51,878 nucleotides of DNA from Candidatus Poribacteria bacterium (lineage in GTDB: Bacteria; Poribacteria; WGA-4E; UBA9662). The DNA is taken from contig JAYGDX010000122.1 in the NCBI GenBank assembly GCA_046582655.1, positions 1 through 51,878 on the forward strand, written 5' to 3'. Under the pieces are notes generated by a model. It saw only the letters and a program-made list of their open reading frames with translations, did not search any database and was not told where the DNA came from. Every line of letters begins with the position of its first letter. Within the stretch, counting starts at the first letter, position 1. Below are positions 9,811-19,017 of the stretch, piece after piece. The position numbers and the translations under genes were made by a program.

Positions 9811-9899
9811 TTATGTACCCTGTCTTTTTAATCTCAATTTAGAAAATCCTGGATTGCCGTACTATCCAGCAATTGTTGATCTATTACAAAAATCTCAAG

Positions 9900-11753
9900 T
9901 CATCTTTCGATTAACCATAAGATCGTGCGACTACTGTATCTGAGTAACAGCGAACGATGGCGTATCCAATCATGCAGGCGTGCCGTTCGGTAAGCCCAAC
10001 AGACCCATCCCAAAGTAACCATACTAAAAACAGTAATCGCCAGTCCCAGATAAAAGCTGCGGGAATAGTAACGCAGATGAATTTGATAGGCATCAGTTTG
10101 ATCAAGCCGCAATGCAATTAGCCCATTCTTATTGAACAATTCTCCGTGATCAGTATGCCAATCAGGATGATAATTCTGGTTAATAATAAGAATATCAGGC
10201 TTTTGGAGATTGACCTCAACGCTAATCAAGTTTGGCCGAAATTTACTTCTTACATTATTTCCGGATTTTAAGAGAAAAGCTTCCCCACGGTATTCAGGAT
10301 TTGGAAGATAATTATTATCGATATCAACAAAATATTTAGGGACAGCATTTTCCTCAAGTGGGATACCTGTATACCAATCGATCGTTCCTATATTTCTAAG
10401 AAGGTTGAAGTAAGTGATAGCAAGGGATGGCTCTTTACGATTCCGCTTCAAATCCCAACCTTTTACATTAAAAAACCCTGTTTTCGGCTGGGTCAATTGA
10501 GGGTGGACAAAATTATAGGTTTCACTTTGGATCTTTGTTATTCTCGGATAAAGAAATCCTATACCAAGCATAATCAAGATAACAGAGATTAAATGCTCCA
10601 ACCATTGGGGATGGAGTCGTTTTAACAGTACAAAACACTGTCCTGAGGCTATAGCAATAGTGAAGACGATCTGAAAGCTAAAATATTTAATGGGTTGACG
10701 AACAGCGTTGAATATTGGCAAGTGCCATAGTATCTCGAATAAATCAATAGATATATTGTTGGCAAGCGCCAACCACCCAAATAATATCAGTACTATTCCC
10801 CAAGGCAGAGATTTTCTCCAAAAAACAAATATAGTGATTACAAAAAGGAGAACCGGAAGCCACCCAATTGTGACAAGCCCCTGCCTACCTTTCCATCCAA
10901 CCGTTTCCTGCCAGAGACGTTCAAATTCGTAGCCGGAAAAACTATAGGTTTCATCGTAGAATAACAGATCAATATTTCCTAAGCCGCCTTTGGCGTTTAT
11001 ATGTTCAACAGCTGGTAGGATTCGTACCATTCCAACAAGAAATGTTATACCTATCACGAGGAGAAAAACCTTAAGAGGCTGAACATAAATCCGATCAACC
11101 GACTTGTTCTTAGCAAATATCCTGAACCCTGGAATGAGGTTGAGCAAGCAAATCACTCCAATGTAAAACATCCCCATTAAGCAGTTCAATTTTCCGTCGG
11201 AAAGCATGGTGTAGAACACAACCGGCAGAACTAAAATTGGAAGCTTATAACCACGGCAGGCCAATCCTATCAATAGTAAACATAAGGGAAGGAAAGTCGC
11301 ATAAACTTCGTTGGGATTTCCATCTTGGACTCGTAATGGAACGAACAAACTCAAGCTAAAGATCAATGCCGAAAAAAGTGATCCCCACTGTGTATATCCA
11401 AGGATGTAACGTGCCAACGCATAAGTCGCTAACCCACCAATCAGCAGTGCGAAAAAAACAATGAGTTTAAGCCCAGTAATTGGGTTAAATAAGATTGTAA
11501 TCAGTACAAGAGGGTTTAGGGTCGGATCCTCCGGATCGCCGAGTGTCGGGAAACCACCGCCTAACCAATGAGAACGCATCGGAAAGGTATGATATTCGAT
11601 TAAGCTTTTTCTGATAGCTTCATGACGAGAGGCATATTGGAAGAAATCTACATCAAAATTCAGCTGACTTCCGGATTTAAGGACAGGAACTGAAGAAAGT
11701 GTAACAACTATGACGACGATACTGAAGGCCAGAAAATCTGGTACCATCTTCAT
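9900..11753 (-). CDS. Polytopic membrane protein, YfhO-like / GT-C-fold putative glycosyltransferase
   Basis: N-terminal loop WLGGGFPTLGDPE...LNPL, many transmembrane segments, C-terminal extracytoplasmic domain with NQNYHPDW and a final TM helix. Confidence 0.65.
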   Translation of the reverse strand: MKMVPDFLAFSIVVIVVTLSSVPVLKSGSQLNFDVDFFQYASRHEAIRKSLIEYHTFPMRSHWLGGGFPTLGDPEDPTLNPLVLITILFNPITGLKLIVFFALLIGGLATYALARYILGYTQWGSLFSALIFSLSLFVPLRVQDGNPNEVYATFLPLCLLLIGLACRGYKLPILVLPVVFYTMLSDGKLNCLMGMFYIGVICLLNLIPGFRIFAKNKSVDRIYVQPLKVFLLVIGITFLVGMVRILPAVEHINAKGGLGNIDLLFYDETYSFSGYEFERLWQETVGWKGRQGLVTIGWLPVLLFVITIFVFWRKSLPWGIVLILFGWLALANNISIDLFEILWHLPIFNAVRQPIKYFSFQIVFTIAIASGQCFVLLKRLHPQWLEHLISVILIMLGIGFLYPRITKIQSETYNFVHPQLTQPKTGFFNVKGWDLKRNRKEPSLAITYFNLLRNIGTIDWYTGIPLEENAVPKYFVDIDNNYLPNPEYRGEAFLLKSGNNVRSKFRPNLISVEVNLQKPDILIINQNYHPDWHTDHGELFNKNGLIALRLDQTDAYQIHLRYYSRSFYLGLAITVFSMVTLGWVCWAYRTARLHDWIRHRSLLLRYSSRTILWLIER

Positions 11754-11787
11754 GGTTGACTCTTAAAAAATAAGGTTATGAATCTAA

Positions 11788-11825
11788 GAAATTTCTCCTA
11801 ATTCCATTCCTTTAGGAGAAATTTC
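11788..11825. repeat. Perfect 14-bp inverted repeat (hairpin or operator)
   Basis: GAAATTTCTCCTAA - 10-nt loop - TTAGGAGAAATTTC. Confidence 0.8.
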
Positions 11826-12070
11826 GTCCTACAGTTTAACTTGATAATGTATTGAAAATTGAATCATTTGTAATACAGATTACCAACTAGACCTCTAGCC
11901 CCAGTCGAAGAAACAGAAGTTCGGAGGTTTTTGAACCTATATTTTAAAGAAGTTAGCTGTCTTTCAGCTAAGATTTTGGTGGGTTTTACTACTTAATGCA
12001 AAAGGTCTATTTAAAGGAATACAACAAACTGGGAAACAAATGTGAAACACAAGATAGTTCTGTATATCCT

Positions 12071-13150
12071 TTATTCTGATGGCAGATGATAGCCGCTCTT
12101 CTTCACCTTGATCCGCTGCAAACTTGTACCCTCCGTGATATATAGGGTTTTGCTATCTTCGCCTCGACCAAAGGCCACATTTGTTGGAAGATTAGGTGTA
12201 GGGATATAAGCTCGTTCAACTCCTTCGGGGGTATAGATGTAGATTCCTGGACGCGTTACGTCACGTACCGCTACGTAGAGATATCCTTCTTTGTCGACAA
12301 CCAAACCGTCTGGACCATCCTGAGGCGCGTAGTCAACCAGAACTTTCCGAAAAGTTGCTGCCCCATCTGTGGCAAGATCATAAGCCAACAGGGCCATGCG
12401 GCCTTTGTAGACAGACGTGTCTTCCGACAGTTGGCTCTCGTTGGTTGTTCCGTTGTTGTGACAAACGACATACAGTGTTTTCTGGTTAGGTGAGATGGCA
12501 ACACCGTTTGGCTTTCCTGCATCGGCAATGATACGATGAATTGAGCCGTCGGGATCAATTCTATACACACCCATCACTGGCTGGTTTATCGGTTCATGAC
12601 CAATATATCTTGGGTCGCTAAAGTAGATCCTTCCTTTTTCATCAATAGTAATATCATTAGGAGAATTAAACGGCTTACCCTCGTATAAACCGGCAATAAT
12701 CTCGCTCCTGCCTGTTTGAAGATCTGTTCGAGTCAGTCGACGACCACCGAAATCTGCACCCTCAGCCGCGATTAGCCTCCCTTGGTCATCGAATTTAAGT
12801 CCATTGGACATTCCGCTGGGGGAACGGAAAATTTTGGTTTGTTTGGTTCGGGGGGTATATTCCCAGATATGTCCTGCTTGCATTCCTGATTCGTGAGTAA
12901 AAGTAATATCACTGAAATAAACCGTTCCGTTGAGGGCAACGGCAGGCCCTTCAGTAAAGTGTCCGGAATCAAACAATTTCTCCAATCTGGCAGAAGGGGC
13001 GATGATGCTCTCATCTCCACTTGGGACTAGCGTTGTATCAGATGTTACTGATATGTGAATAAAAAACAGAAAAGTAACCGCAATAGTTGTGATTAGAAAG
13101 AATATCCTTGATTTAAACCAATTTTCCAACATGATTGACTCCTTATTCAA
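12071..13150 (-). CDS. SMP-30/gluconolactonase/LRE family protein, exported
   Basis: FTEGP, SNGL, FNSPND, PNGVAISP, GPDGL and PTNVAFG motifs; hydrophobic N-terminus. Confidence 0.93.
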   Translation of the reverse strand: MNKESIMLENWFKSRIFFLITTIAVTFLFFIHISVTSDTTLVPSGDESIIAPSARLEKLFDSGHFTEGPAVALNGTVYFSDITFTHESGMQAGHIWEYTPRTKQTKIFRSPSGMSNGLKFDDQGRLIAAEGADFGGRRLTRTDLQTGRSEIIAGLYEGKPFNSPNDITIDEKGRIYFSDPRYIGHEPINQPVMGVYRIDPDGSIHRIIADAGKPNGVAISPNQKTLYVVCHNNGTTNESQLSEDTSVYKGRMALLAYDLATDGAATFRKVLVDYAPQDGPDGLVVDKEGYLYVAVRDVTRPGIYIYTPEGVERAYIPTPNLPTNVAFGRGEDSKTLYITEGTSLQRIKVKKSGYHLPSE

Positions 13151-13237
13151 GTTTTAGATTCCGGTTAAAGCCATTTTAACAGATAGCCTTTAACGAATCA
13201 AAAAAAGTTGGTATGATATCAATTCTCGTTATAGTCT

Positions 13238-13264
13238 CTTTATAATCTTTATAATCTTTATAAT
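13238..13264 (+). repeat. Tandem 9-bp repeat (CTTTATAAT)x3 in a divergent promoter region
   Basis: Three exact copies, each containing TATAAT. Confidence 0.8.
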
Positions 13265-13328
13265 CGAAAAATGACTTTTTGGTGTCAGCAATACTTAATT
13301 AATGTCATAATGAAATAGGGGGATTTTA

Positions 13329-14531
13329 ATGCAAAAAGATAAAATTCGACTTGCTATTATCGGTTGTGGTGGTATGGCGCGGGCACATCTGAACGCTTAT
13401 ATCTACCTCAAGAATCAAGGGATCGACATCTTTGATTTCGTAGCTATGTGTGATGTTGACCAAAACCGCGCACAAGAATTTGCCAGCAAAGCGGCCGAAA
13501 GCCAGGACAACGTTCAGCCTAATGTATACGTTGATATTAACGAAATGCTGGGTAAAGAGTCGTTGAATGCAGCTGATATCTGTGGCCCACATTTTCTGCA
13601 TCATACGCTTGCTATCCTCTGTTTTGAAGCTGGACTCGATGTGATGGTAGAAAAACCGTTGGCGGTCACGATACGGGCTGGCCATAAGATGATCCAGAGT
13701 GCGGAGGCACACAACCGAATTCTAGCTACTGCGGAGCAGGTACGGCGTTGGGTGGGCCCACGAACGGTTGAGTGGATGATCAACAAAGAGAAAATGATCG
13801 GTCAGCCACGGATGTTCTTTCGACAAGGAATTGGCGGGGCTACCGACCCAGAAAATCTTTTGCGTAATGAGCCAATGGTCTGGCGAAAAGACAAGCTGAC
13901 CAGTGGTGGAAATGGAATTATCGATGGTGGGGTACACTACGTTGATTTGTTGATTTATTTCTTTGGAGAGCCGGACGAAATCTACGCGCGAGTGGAGAAT
14001 CTAAACCAGTTTCAGTTCCAAGTTGGGGATGGGGATTATGTTCCACAAACGGTTGAGGATACTGCTTTAGCAACCATTACATTCAAGAATGGTGTCATCG
14101 GACAATGGGTGAGTACTGGAGCTGCACCGGGTCGTGGTATGGGTTATAATAGCTATCATGGTAGTATCGGTTCGATCCACAGTGGAGGGGGATATCCACA
14201 GCAGCCTGAATTGCAACTTTGGGATGGCAGTAAACAGGAAAAAGATGATTTGCAAAAAGCCTATATGGAAAGTCTCAGCCAAGAGGAGAAAGACAGATTG
14301 TTTCCGCATGATATTACCGAAGGCGTAGCCTTGGAAGTATACGATTTTTTGGATGCTGTCCATACGCGTCGTCGACCGGAACTTGACGGTGTTGACGGGC
14401 TAAAAGCGCAAGCCGTATGCAATGCGATTTACGAATCTGGATGGTGTGGGGAATCGGTGAAGTTCGAAGATGTTTATAACAACAAGATCACAGGCTATCA
14501 GGACGAAATTAATGAAGAATGGAAGATTTGA
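13329..14531 (+). CDS. Gfo/Idh/MocA family oxidoreductase
   Basis: IIGCGGMA Rossmann motif, VEKPLA, DGGVHYVD. Confidence 0.93.
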   Translation: MQKDKIRLAIIGCGGMARAHLNAYIYLKNQGIDIFDFVAMCDVDQNRAQEFASKAAESQDNVQPNVYVDINEMLGKESLNAADICGPHFLHHTLAILCFEAGLDVMVEKPLAVTIRAGHKMIQSAEAHNRILATAEQVRRWVGPRTVEWMINKEKMIGQPRMFFRQGIGGATDPENLLRNEPMVWRKDKLTSGGNGIIDGGVHYVDLLIYFFGEPDEIYARVENLNQFQFQVGDGDYVPQTVEDTALATITFKNGVIGQWVSTGAAPGRGMGYNSYHGSIGSIHSGGGYPQQPELQLWDGSKQEKDDLQKAYMESLSQEEKDRLFPHDITEGVALEVYDFLDAVHTRRRPELDGVDGLKAQAVCNAIYESGWCGESVKFEDVYNNKITGYQDEINEEWKI

Positions 14532-14550
14532 TCTGAAGTTGATTACTATC

Positions 14551-14590
14551 GGGGAAATATTACGATAATATTCCCCCATTTGTTTTATTG
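14551..14590 (+). terminator. Probable intrinsic terminator
   Basis: GGGGAAATATTA-CGA-TAATATTCCCC hairpin followed by a T-rich tail just after the stop at 14531. Confidence 0.6.
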
Positions 14591-14680
14591 ATGGAATAAG
14601 TATCTTTTGACCAGTCATTGAACTTAGGTTGAGATTCTGCTATATTAAGCTGGAATCTACTGGTTTTTTGGAGCAGCATA

Positions 14681-15697
14681 ATGGGGAAAATTGAACCTGA
14701 TGTCCGGGTGGCTTTCTTTGGAACTGGCCAGTTTGCTAACAGGACACATATACCTAATCTGATGAAAATTGATGGCGTGGATATTGTTGCTATCTGCGAT
14801 ATAAATCCGAAAGCATTACAGTTCACAACTGAACAGTTCGGTATCTCCAAAACCTATCATGACGCTTACCAATTATTGGACCAAGAGGAATTTGATGTAC
14901 TCTATTCCGTAGTACCTGCCTTTGCCCGAACAGATGTGGAGGCTATGGCAGCCTCAAAAGGAATTCATATCTTCAGTGAAAAGCCACAAGCCATCAAGAT
15001 GGAAACAGCTCAACATATCGATGAAGCAATTCAGGAAGCTGGAGTTCTGAGCACCGTTGGTTTTCGGGAAAGATATCGGCCTCTCTTTCAACAAGCACGC
15101 CAATTATTACAGGATAAAGAGATTATTCACGCACAATTCAATAGCTTTGGAGGACTCCCTTCTCGTCAACTAGACCAAGAAAATATTGATTGGCACTCAG
15201 ATTTTGAGCGAGGCGGATATTCTGCCTTCGATTGGGGTGGACATGCTGTGGATTACATCCGTTTCATGACAGGGCTGGATATCATCAGAGCGCAGGCTTT
15301 CTACCATCATCCTGATGACTATTCTAAACCGTTGTCCTGCGCTTTTCATTTTTCCTCCTCAAGTGGTGCGACTATCAACTTAAGCTTTATTTCCGCTAGT
15401 AATGGACAACCAAAGGATAATCCGTGGTTCCAGATCTTTTTTGAACAAGGTTACCTTTCAATCTATGGCTATGAACGTATTGAAATGAATCAAGAGATCG
15501 TCTACACGACTGAGGCCTTCGATCCATGGTTTAAGCAGGATCAAACTTTTATTGAGGCCGTACGTTCTAACGATGGAAACCGGATTCTCAATGATTACCA
15601 TGATGGTCTTTTTTCGTTAGCACCTATCTTAGCAGGTTGGGAATCGTCACGTTGCAACGGTAAATGCATAGATATTCCCTCATTTATGGCAACTTAA
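14681..15697 (+). CDS. Gfo/Idh/MocA family oxidoreductase
   Basis: FFGTGQFA, SEKPQA, DWGGHAVD. Confidence 0.92.
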   Translation: MGKIEPDVRVAFFGTGQFANRTHIPNLMKIDGVDIVAICDINPKALQFTTEQFGISKTYHDAYQLLDQEEFDVLYSVVPAFARTDVEAMAASKGIHIFSEKPQAIKMETAQHIDEAIQEAGVLSTVGFRERYRPLFQQARQLLQDKEIIHAQFNSFGGLPSRQLDQENIDWHSDFERGGYSAFDWGGHAVDYIRFMTGLDIIRAQAFYHHPDDYSKPLSCAFHFSSSSGATINLSFISASNGQPKDNPWFQIFFEQGYLSIYGYERIEMNQEIVYTTEAFDPWFKQDQTFIEAVRSNDGNRILNDYHDGLFSLAPILAGWESSRCNGKCIDIPSFMAT

Positions 15698-15710
15698 ATC
15701 GACAACTAGG

Positions 15711-16544
15711 TTGGGAAATTTGCATACACAGGTTCCAATAACCCAAAATGATATCGATGTATACACTGATTTAGGGTATTTGGTTATTCATAACGCATTT
15801 AGTAAAAACCGAATCCAATCGTTATTAGCCGCTGTTAACCGGCTAATAGACCGGGCTCTAGCTGGCGACTGTGAAATCGGATGGATTGATAAAGGCAAGC
15901 GTCTTCCTGCTCGTGTGGGGCACTTGTTACATCCTGACAAATATGATTATGCTTATGCTAAGTGGCTGGACGAAGACTTATCACCGCATATTGAAACGCT
16001 ATTAGATGATGAACCGGTTAGGCATAGCCTTTTTGGGATGCTAGCTAACGGTGGTGGACAACCCTATTGCCAGTCGTGGCATCGAGATATCGGCAAGCCG
16101 GGGGATGACGACGAAGAATCATTTCTTCATCGTCTTCACGGCAATTTTTTACAGTTTAACGCCCCACTTTTGCCGGAAGATCATTTTCTGAATATTGTAC
16201 CTGCCAGTCATCTGCGTGCTTCCACTTGTCAGGAACTGGAAGTGGCAAAAGGAAATGGAAACTTAAATATGCCTAATGCGATTGAACTGATGCTTGAACC
16301 AGGAGATATTGTTTACTATAATGCGAATCTGTGGCATCGTGGTTGGAACCCAAACGGAGAAAAGCGTTGGACAATGCATTGTGCGTTTTGGAAAGCTAAA
16401 TATCCGGTTATGAAACACGAATATGGTCAACTTGAAGTCTTGCTGAAACATATTGATGAAATGCCTGCTGTGGCGCGTCAATACGTTCAAAACTATATTG
16501 ATAATTATCCACAGTCAGATCCCAAAAGTCTCTTGGAGATCTAG
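15711..16544 (+). CDS. Phytanoyl-CoA dioxygenase (PhyH) family Fe(II)/2-oxoglutarate oxygenase
   Basis: GYLVIHNAF, WHRD (HxD), IVPASH and PGDIVYYNANLWHRG. Confidence 0.9.
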   Translation: MGNLHTQVPITQNDIDVYTDLGYLVIHNAFSKNRIQSLLAAVNRLIDRALAGDCEIGWIDKGKRLPARVGHLLHPDKYDYAYAKWLDEDLSPHIETLLDDEPVRHSLFGMLANGGGQPYCQSWHRDIGKPGDDDEESFLHRLHGNFLQFNAPLLPEDHFLNIVPASHLRASTCQELEVAKGNGNLNMPNAIELMLEPGDIVYYNANLWHRGWNPNGEKRWTMHCAFWKAKYPVMKHEYGQLEVLLKHIDEMPAVARQYVQNYIDNYPQSDPKSLLEI

Positions 16545-16611
16545 TTTTCAATCATGGGTTCTGTATTGATTCAACCAAATATCGATTTAACCCTGCGAGA
16601 ATTGTAAATAT

Positions 16612-18990
16612 ATGAAGGTTGTATTAGCTGAAAAACCGTCAGTCGGACGTGATATAGCATCTGCTCTCGGAGCGAAGTCTCGTCGTGATGGGTATTACGA
16701 AGGACAAGGCTACCAGGTTACCTGGTCCTTTGGCCACATCTTTACCTTAAAAGAACCAGCCGAATATGATCCAAATTACAAAAGTTGGTCTTTAAACACA
16801 CTGCCTATCACCCCAGAGATATTCGAACTGAAACTGATAGATGATGCTGGAATACGGAAACAATTTTCAGTGATTAAACAGTTGCTTCAGAATGCCGACG
16901 AAGTGGTTTGTGCAACGGATGCCGGACGTGAGGGCGAACTGATTTTCCGCTATATATTTCATATGGCTGGTTGTGAAAATAGATCTTTTCAGCGCTTATG
17001 GCTGAGTTCTTTGACTGACGAAGCTATTCGTGAAGGATTTAATAACTTACAATCAGGTAGTAAGTATGACAATTTATACGCTGCAGCAAAATGCCGAAGC
17101 CAAGCTGATTGGATCGTTGGCTTAAATGGAACACGCAATTTTACTGTGCGGTACGGTGGTCGAGAAAAAATTTTATGGAGTGTTGGACGTGTGCAGACTC
17201 CGGTTTTGGCCATGATTGTCAAAAGAGACGATGAAATTCGCAATTTTCGACCTGAACCGTTTTGGGAATTGATGTCTCGGTACCGAGATGTGGTCTTTAA
17301 ATTTAAAGGTAAACGCTTTAATAAAGAAGAAGATGCTGAGACATTACAAGAGAAAGTCAGCGGACATCCATTTGTTATTGAAAATATCAAGGGAAAAAAG
17401 CAGAACCAGAATCCTCCTTTACTATATGACTTGACAAGTTTACAGCGGGATATGAACCGTTTGTACGGTCTTTCTGCCTCCAAAACGCTAGAACTGGCTC
17501 AGTTATTATACGAAAACAAATTGTTAACGTATCCTCGTACAGATTCTCAGTATTTAAGTCAGGATATGAAAGGCAAAGTAATTAGCGTACTCCGGAAATT
17601 AAAAGCAGAAAAACAGCAAGAGATAGACCCATTAGATCTAGACAATCTCAGTTTTAATATGCGCATCATTAACGATAAAAAGGTAACAGATCACCATGCT
17701 ATCATTCCAACGGGGAAAGTTCCTAGGGATTTGCCGAGCCCCTCAGCCAATATATTTGGTGCCGTCTTAACACGTTTGATTGCTGCCTTTTACCCAAAGT
17801 GTATAAAGGAAATTACCACGGTCGGCGCTGTGTCTAATTCCGTTTCTTTTGAAGCTAGGGGAACTCGTATTATTGATCCGGGTTGGACAGTACTCTATCC
17901 AACACAAAATAACAAGGATAGCAGTGAAGAACAACAGTTACCCAAATTTGTAAAGGGAGAGCAAGGGGATCATGAGCCCTTTATCAAGTCTGGAAAGACC
18001 AAACCATCATCCAACTATAATGAAAGTTCACTTTTGGGAGCAATGGAAACTGCGGGACGAATGGTCGAAGATGAACAGTCAAAGGATGCTCTTAAGGATA
18101 GGGGAATAGGTACCCCAGCAACCCGTGCTGAGATTATCGAGACACTTTTAAGACGCGGTTATATCGTGCGGGAAAAAAAGAAAATCATCGCCACAGACTT
18201 AGGTCGGTATCTAATAGCTTTGGTTAAGGATCCAAATCTCAAATCTCCCGAATTAACCGGTGGTTGGGAATCAAGGTTGAAAGCTATGGAAAAAGGTGAG
18301 TTTCCTGCTGAACAATTTATGAATAGAGTAATTGAGTTCACCAACGAACTTATTCAAACTAGCAACGTGTCTGCTATTAATAACAATAGCTTAGGAAATT
18401 GTCCGCGTTGTAACAATTCAGTTATAAAGGGGCGACGCGGCTATGGCTGCTCAAAGTGGCGGGAAGGATGTGAATTTGTCATCTGGAGTGAGTATAGGGG
18501 GGTTGAACTGAGCGTCAGGCAAATTCAAGCACTTCTTCAACACAAAGTATTACTTGGGCCAATTAAAGATAAAGATGGGGTTGAGTCTGTTCTTTATCTT
18601 TCGGATGACGGGCATCTGATGGATATCGGAGTGCCAAAAAAAGATCGCCAGAAACCTATACGACAGGAGAGTTGGAAGGCAGAGAAAAACACGGCACCAG
18701 CCAGCCAACCTGCAACCAAGGATTTACCATTGATAGGGGATTGTCCACTGTGCAGCCAAAAGATTGTTGAACATGAAAATGCATATAGTTGTAGTAATTC
18801 TAAACAACAGTGTAGATTTATAGTCCCCAAAACGTTTGCCGGTAAAAAAATAGGCTTGCGTTCAGTTAAAACTTTGCTTAAAAGAGGAGAGACATCGCAA
18901 CTGAAAGGCTTTAAGTCAAAGGCAGGGAAAAGTTTCGAGGCAAGGCTGAAATTGCAGAACGGGAAAATTGAATTATGCAGCGATCAATAA
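16612..18990 (+). CDS. topB: DNA topoisomerase III (type IA) with C-terminal Cys repeats
   Basis: AEKPSV, ATDAGREGELIF, SVGRVQTP, catalytic LTYPRTD, DHHAIIPT and GIGTPATRA; two CPxC...GC/SC...C repeats and a GFKSKAGKSFEARL tail. Confidence 0.93.
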   Translation: MKVVLAEKPSVGRDIASALGAKSRRDGYYEGQGYQVTWSFGHIFTLKEPAEYDPNYKSWSLNTLPITPEIFELKLIDDAGIRKQFSVIKQLLQNADEVVCATDAGREGELIFRYIFHMAGCENRSFQRLWLSSLTDEAIREGFNNLQSGSKYDNLYAAAKCRSQADWIVGLNGTRNFTVRYGGREKILWSVGRVQTPVLAMIVKRDDEIRNFRPEPFWELMSRYRDVVFKFKGKRFNKEEDAETLQEKVSGHPFVIENIKGKKQNQNPPLLYDLTSLQRDMNRLYGLSASKTLELAQLLYENKLLTYPRTDSQYLSQDMKGKVISVLRKLKAEKQQEIDPLDLDNLSFNMRIINDKKVTDHHAIIPTGKVPRDLPSPSANIFGAVLTRLIAAFYPKCIKEITTVGAVSNSVSFEARGTRIIDPGWTVLYPTQNNKDSSEEQQLPKFVKGEQGDHEPFIKSGKTKPSSNYNESSLLGAMETAGRMVEDEQSKDALKDRGIGTPATRAEIIETLLRRGYIVREKKKIIATDLGRYLIALVKDPNLKSPELTGGWESRLKAMEKGEFPAEQFMNRVIEFTNELIQTSNVSAINNNSLGNCPRCNNSVIKGRRGYGCSKWREGCEFVIWSEYRGVELSVRQIQALLQHKVLLGPIKDKDGVESVLYLSDDGHLMDIGVPKKDRQKPIRQESWKAEKNTAPASQPATKDLPLIGDCPLCSQKIVEHENAYSCSNSKQQCRFIVPKTFAGKKIGLRSVKTLLKRGETSQLKGFKSKAGKSFEARLKLQNGKIELCSDQ

Positions 18991-19017
18991 CCACTGCACA
19001 ATAAACAGGGAAAGCGT

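Noticed and set aside
16612..18990. topB as a marker of an ICE or plasmid
   Set aside because: No integrase, relaxase, T4SS, ssb or att-like repeats nearby, and composition is similar to the flanks.
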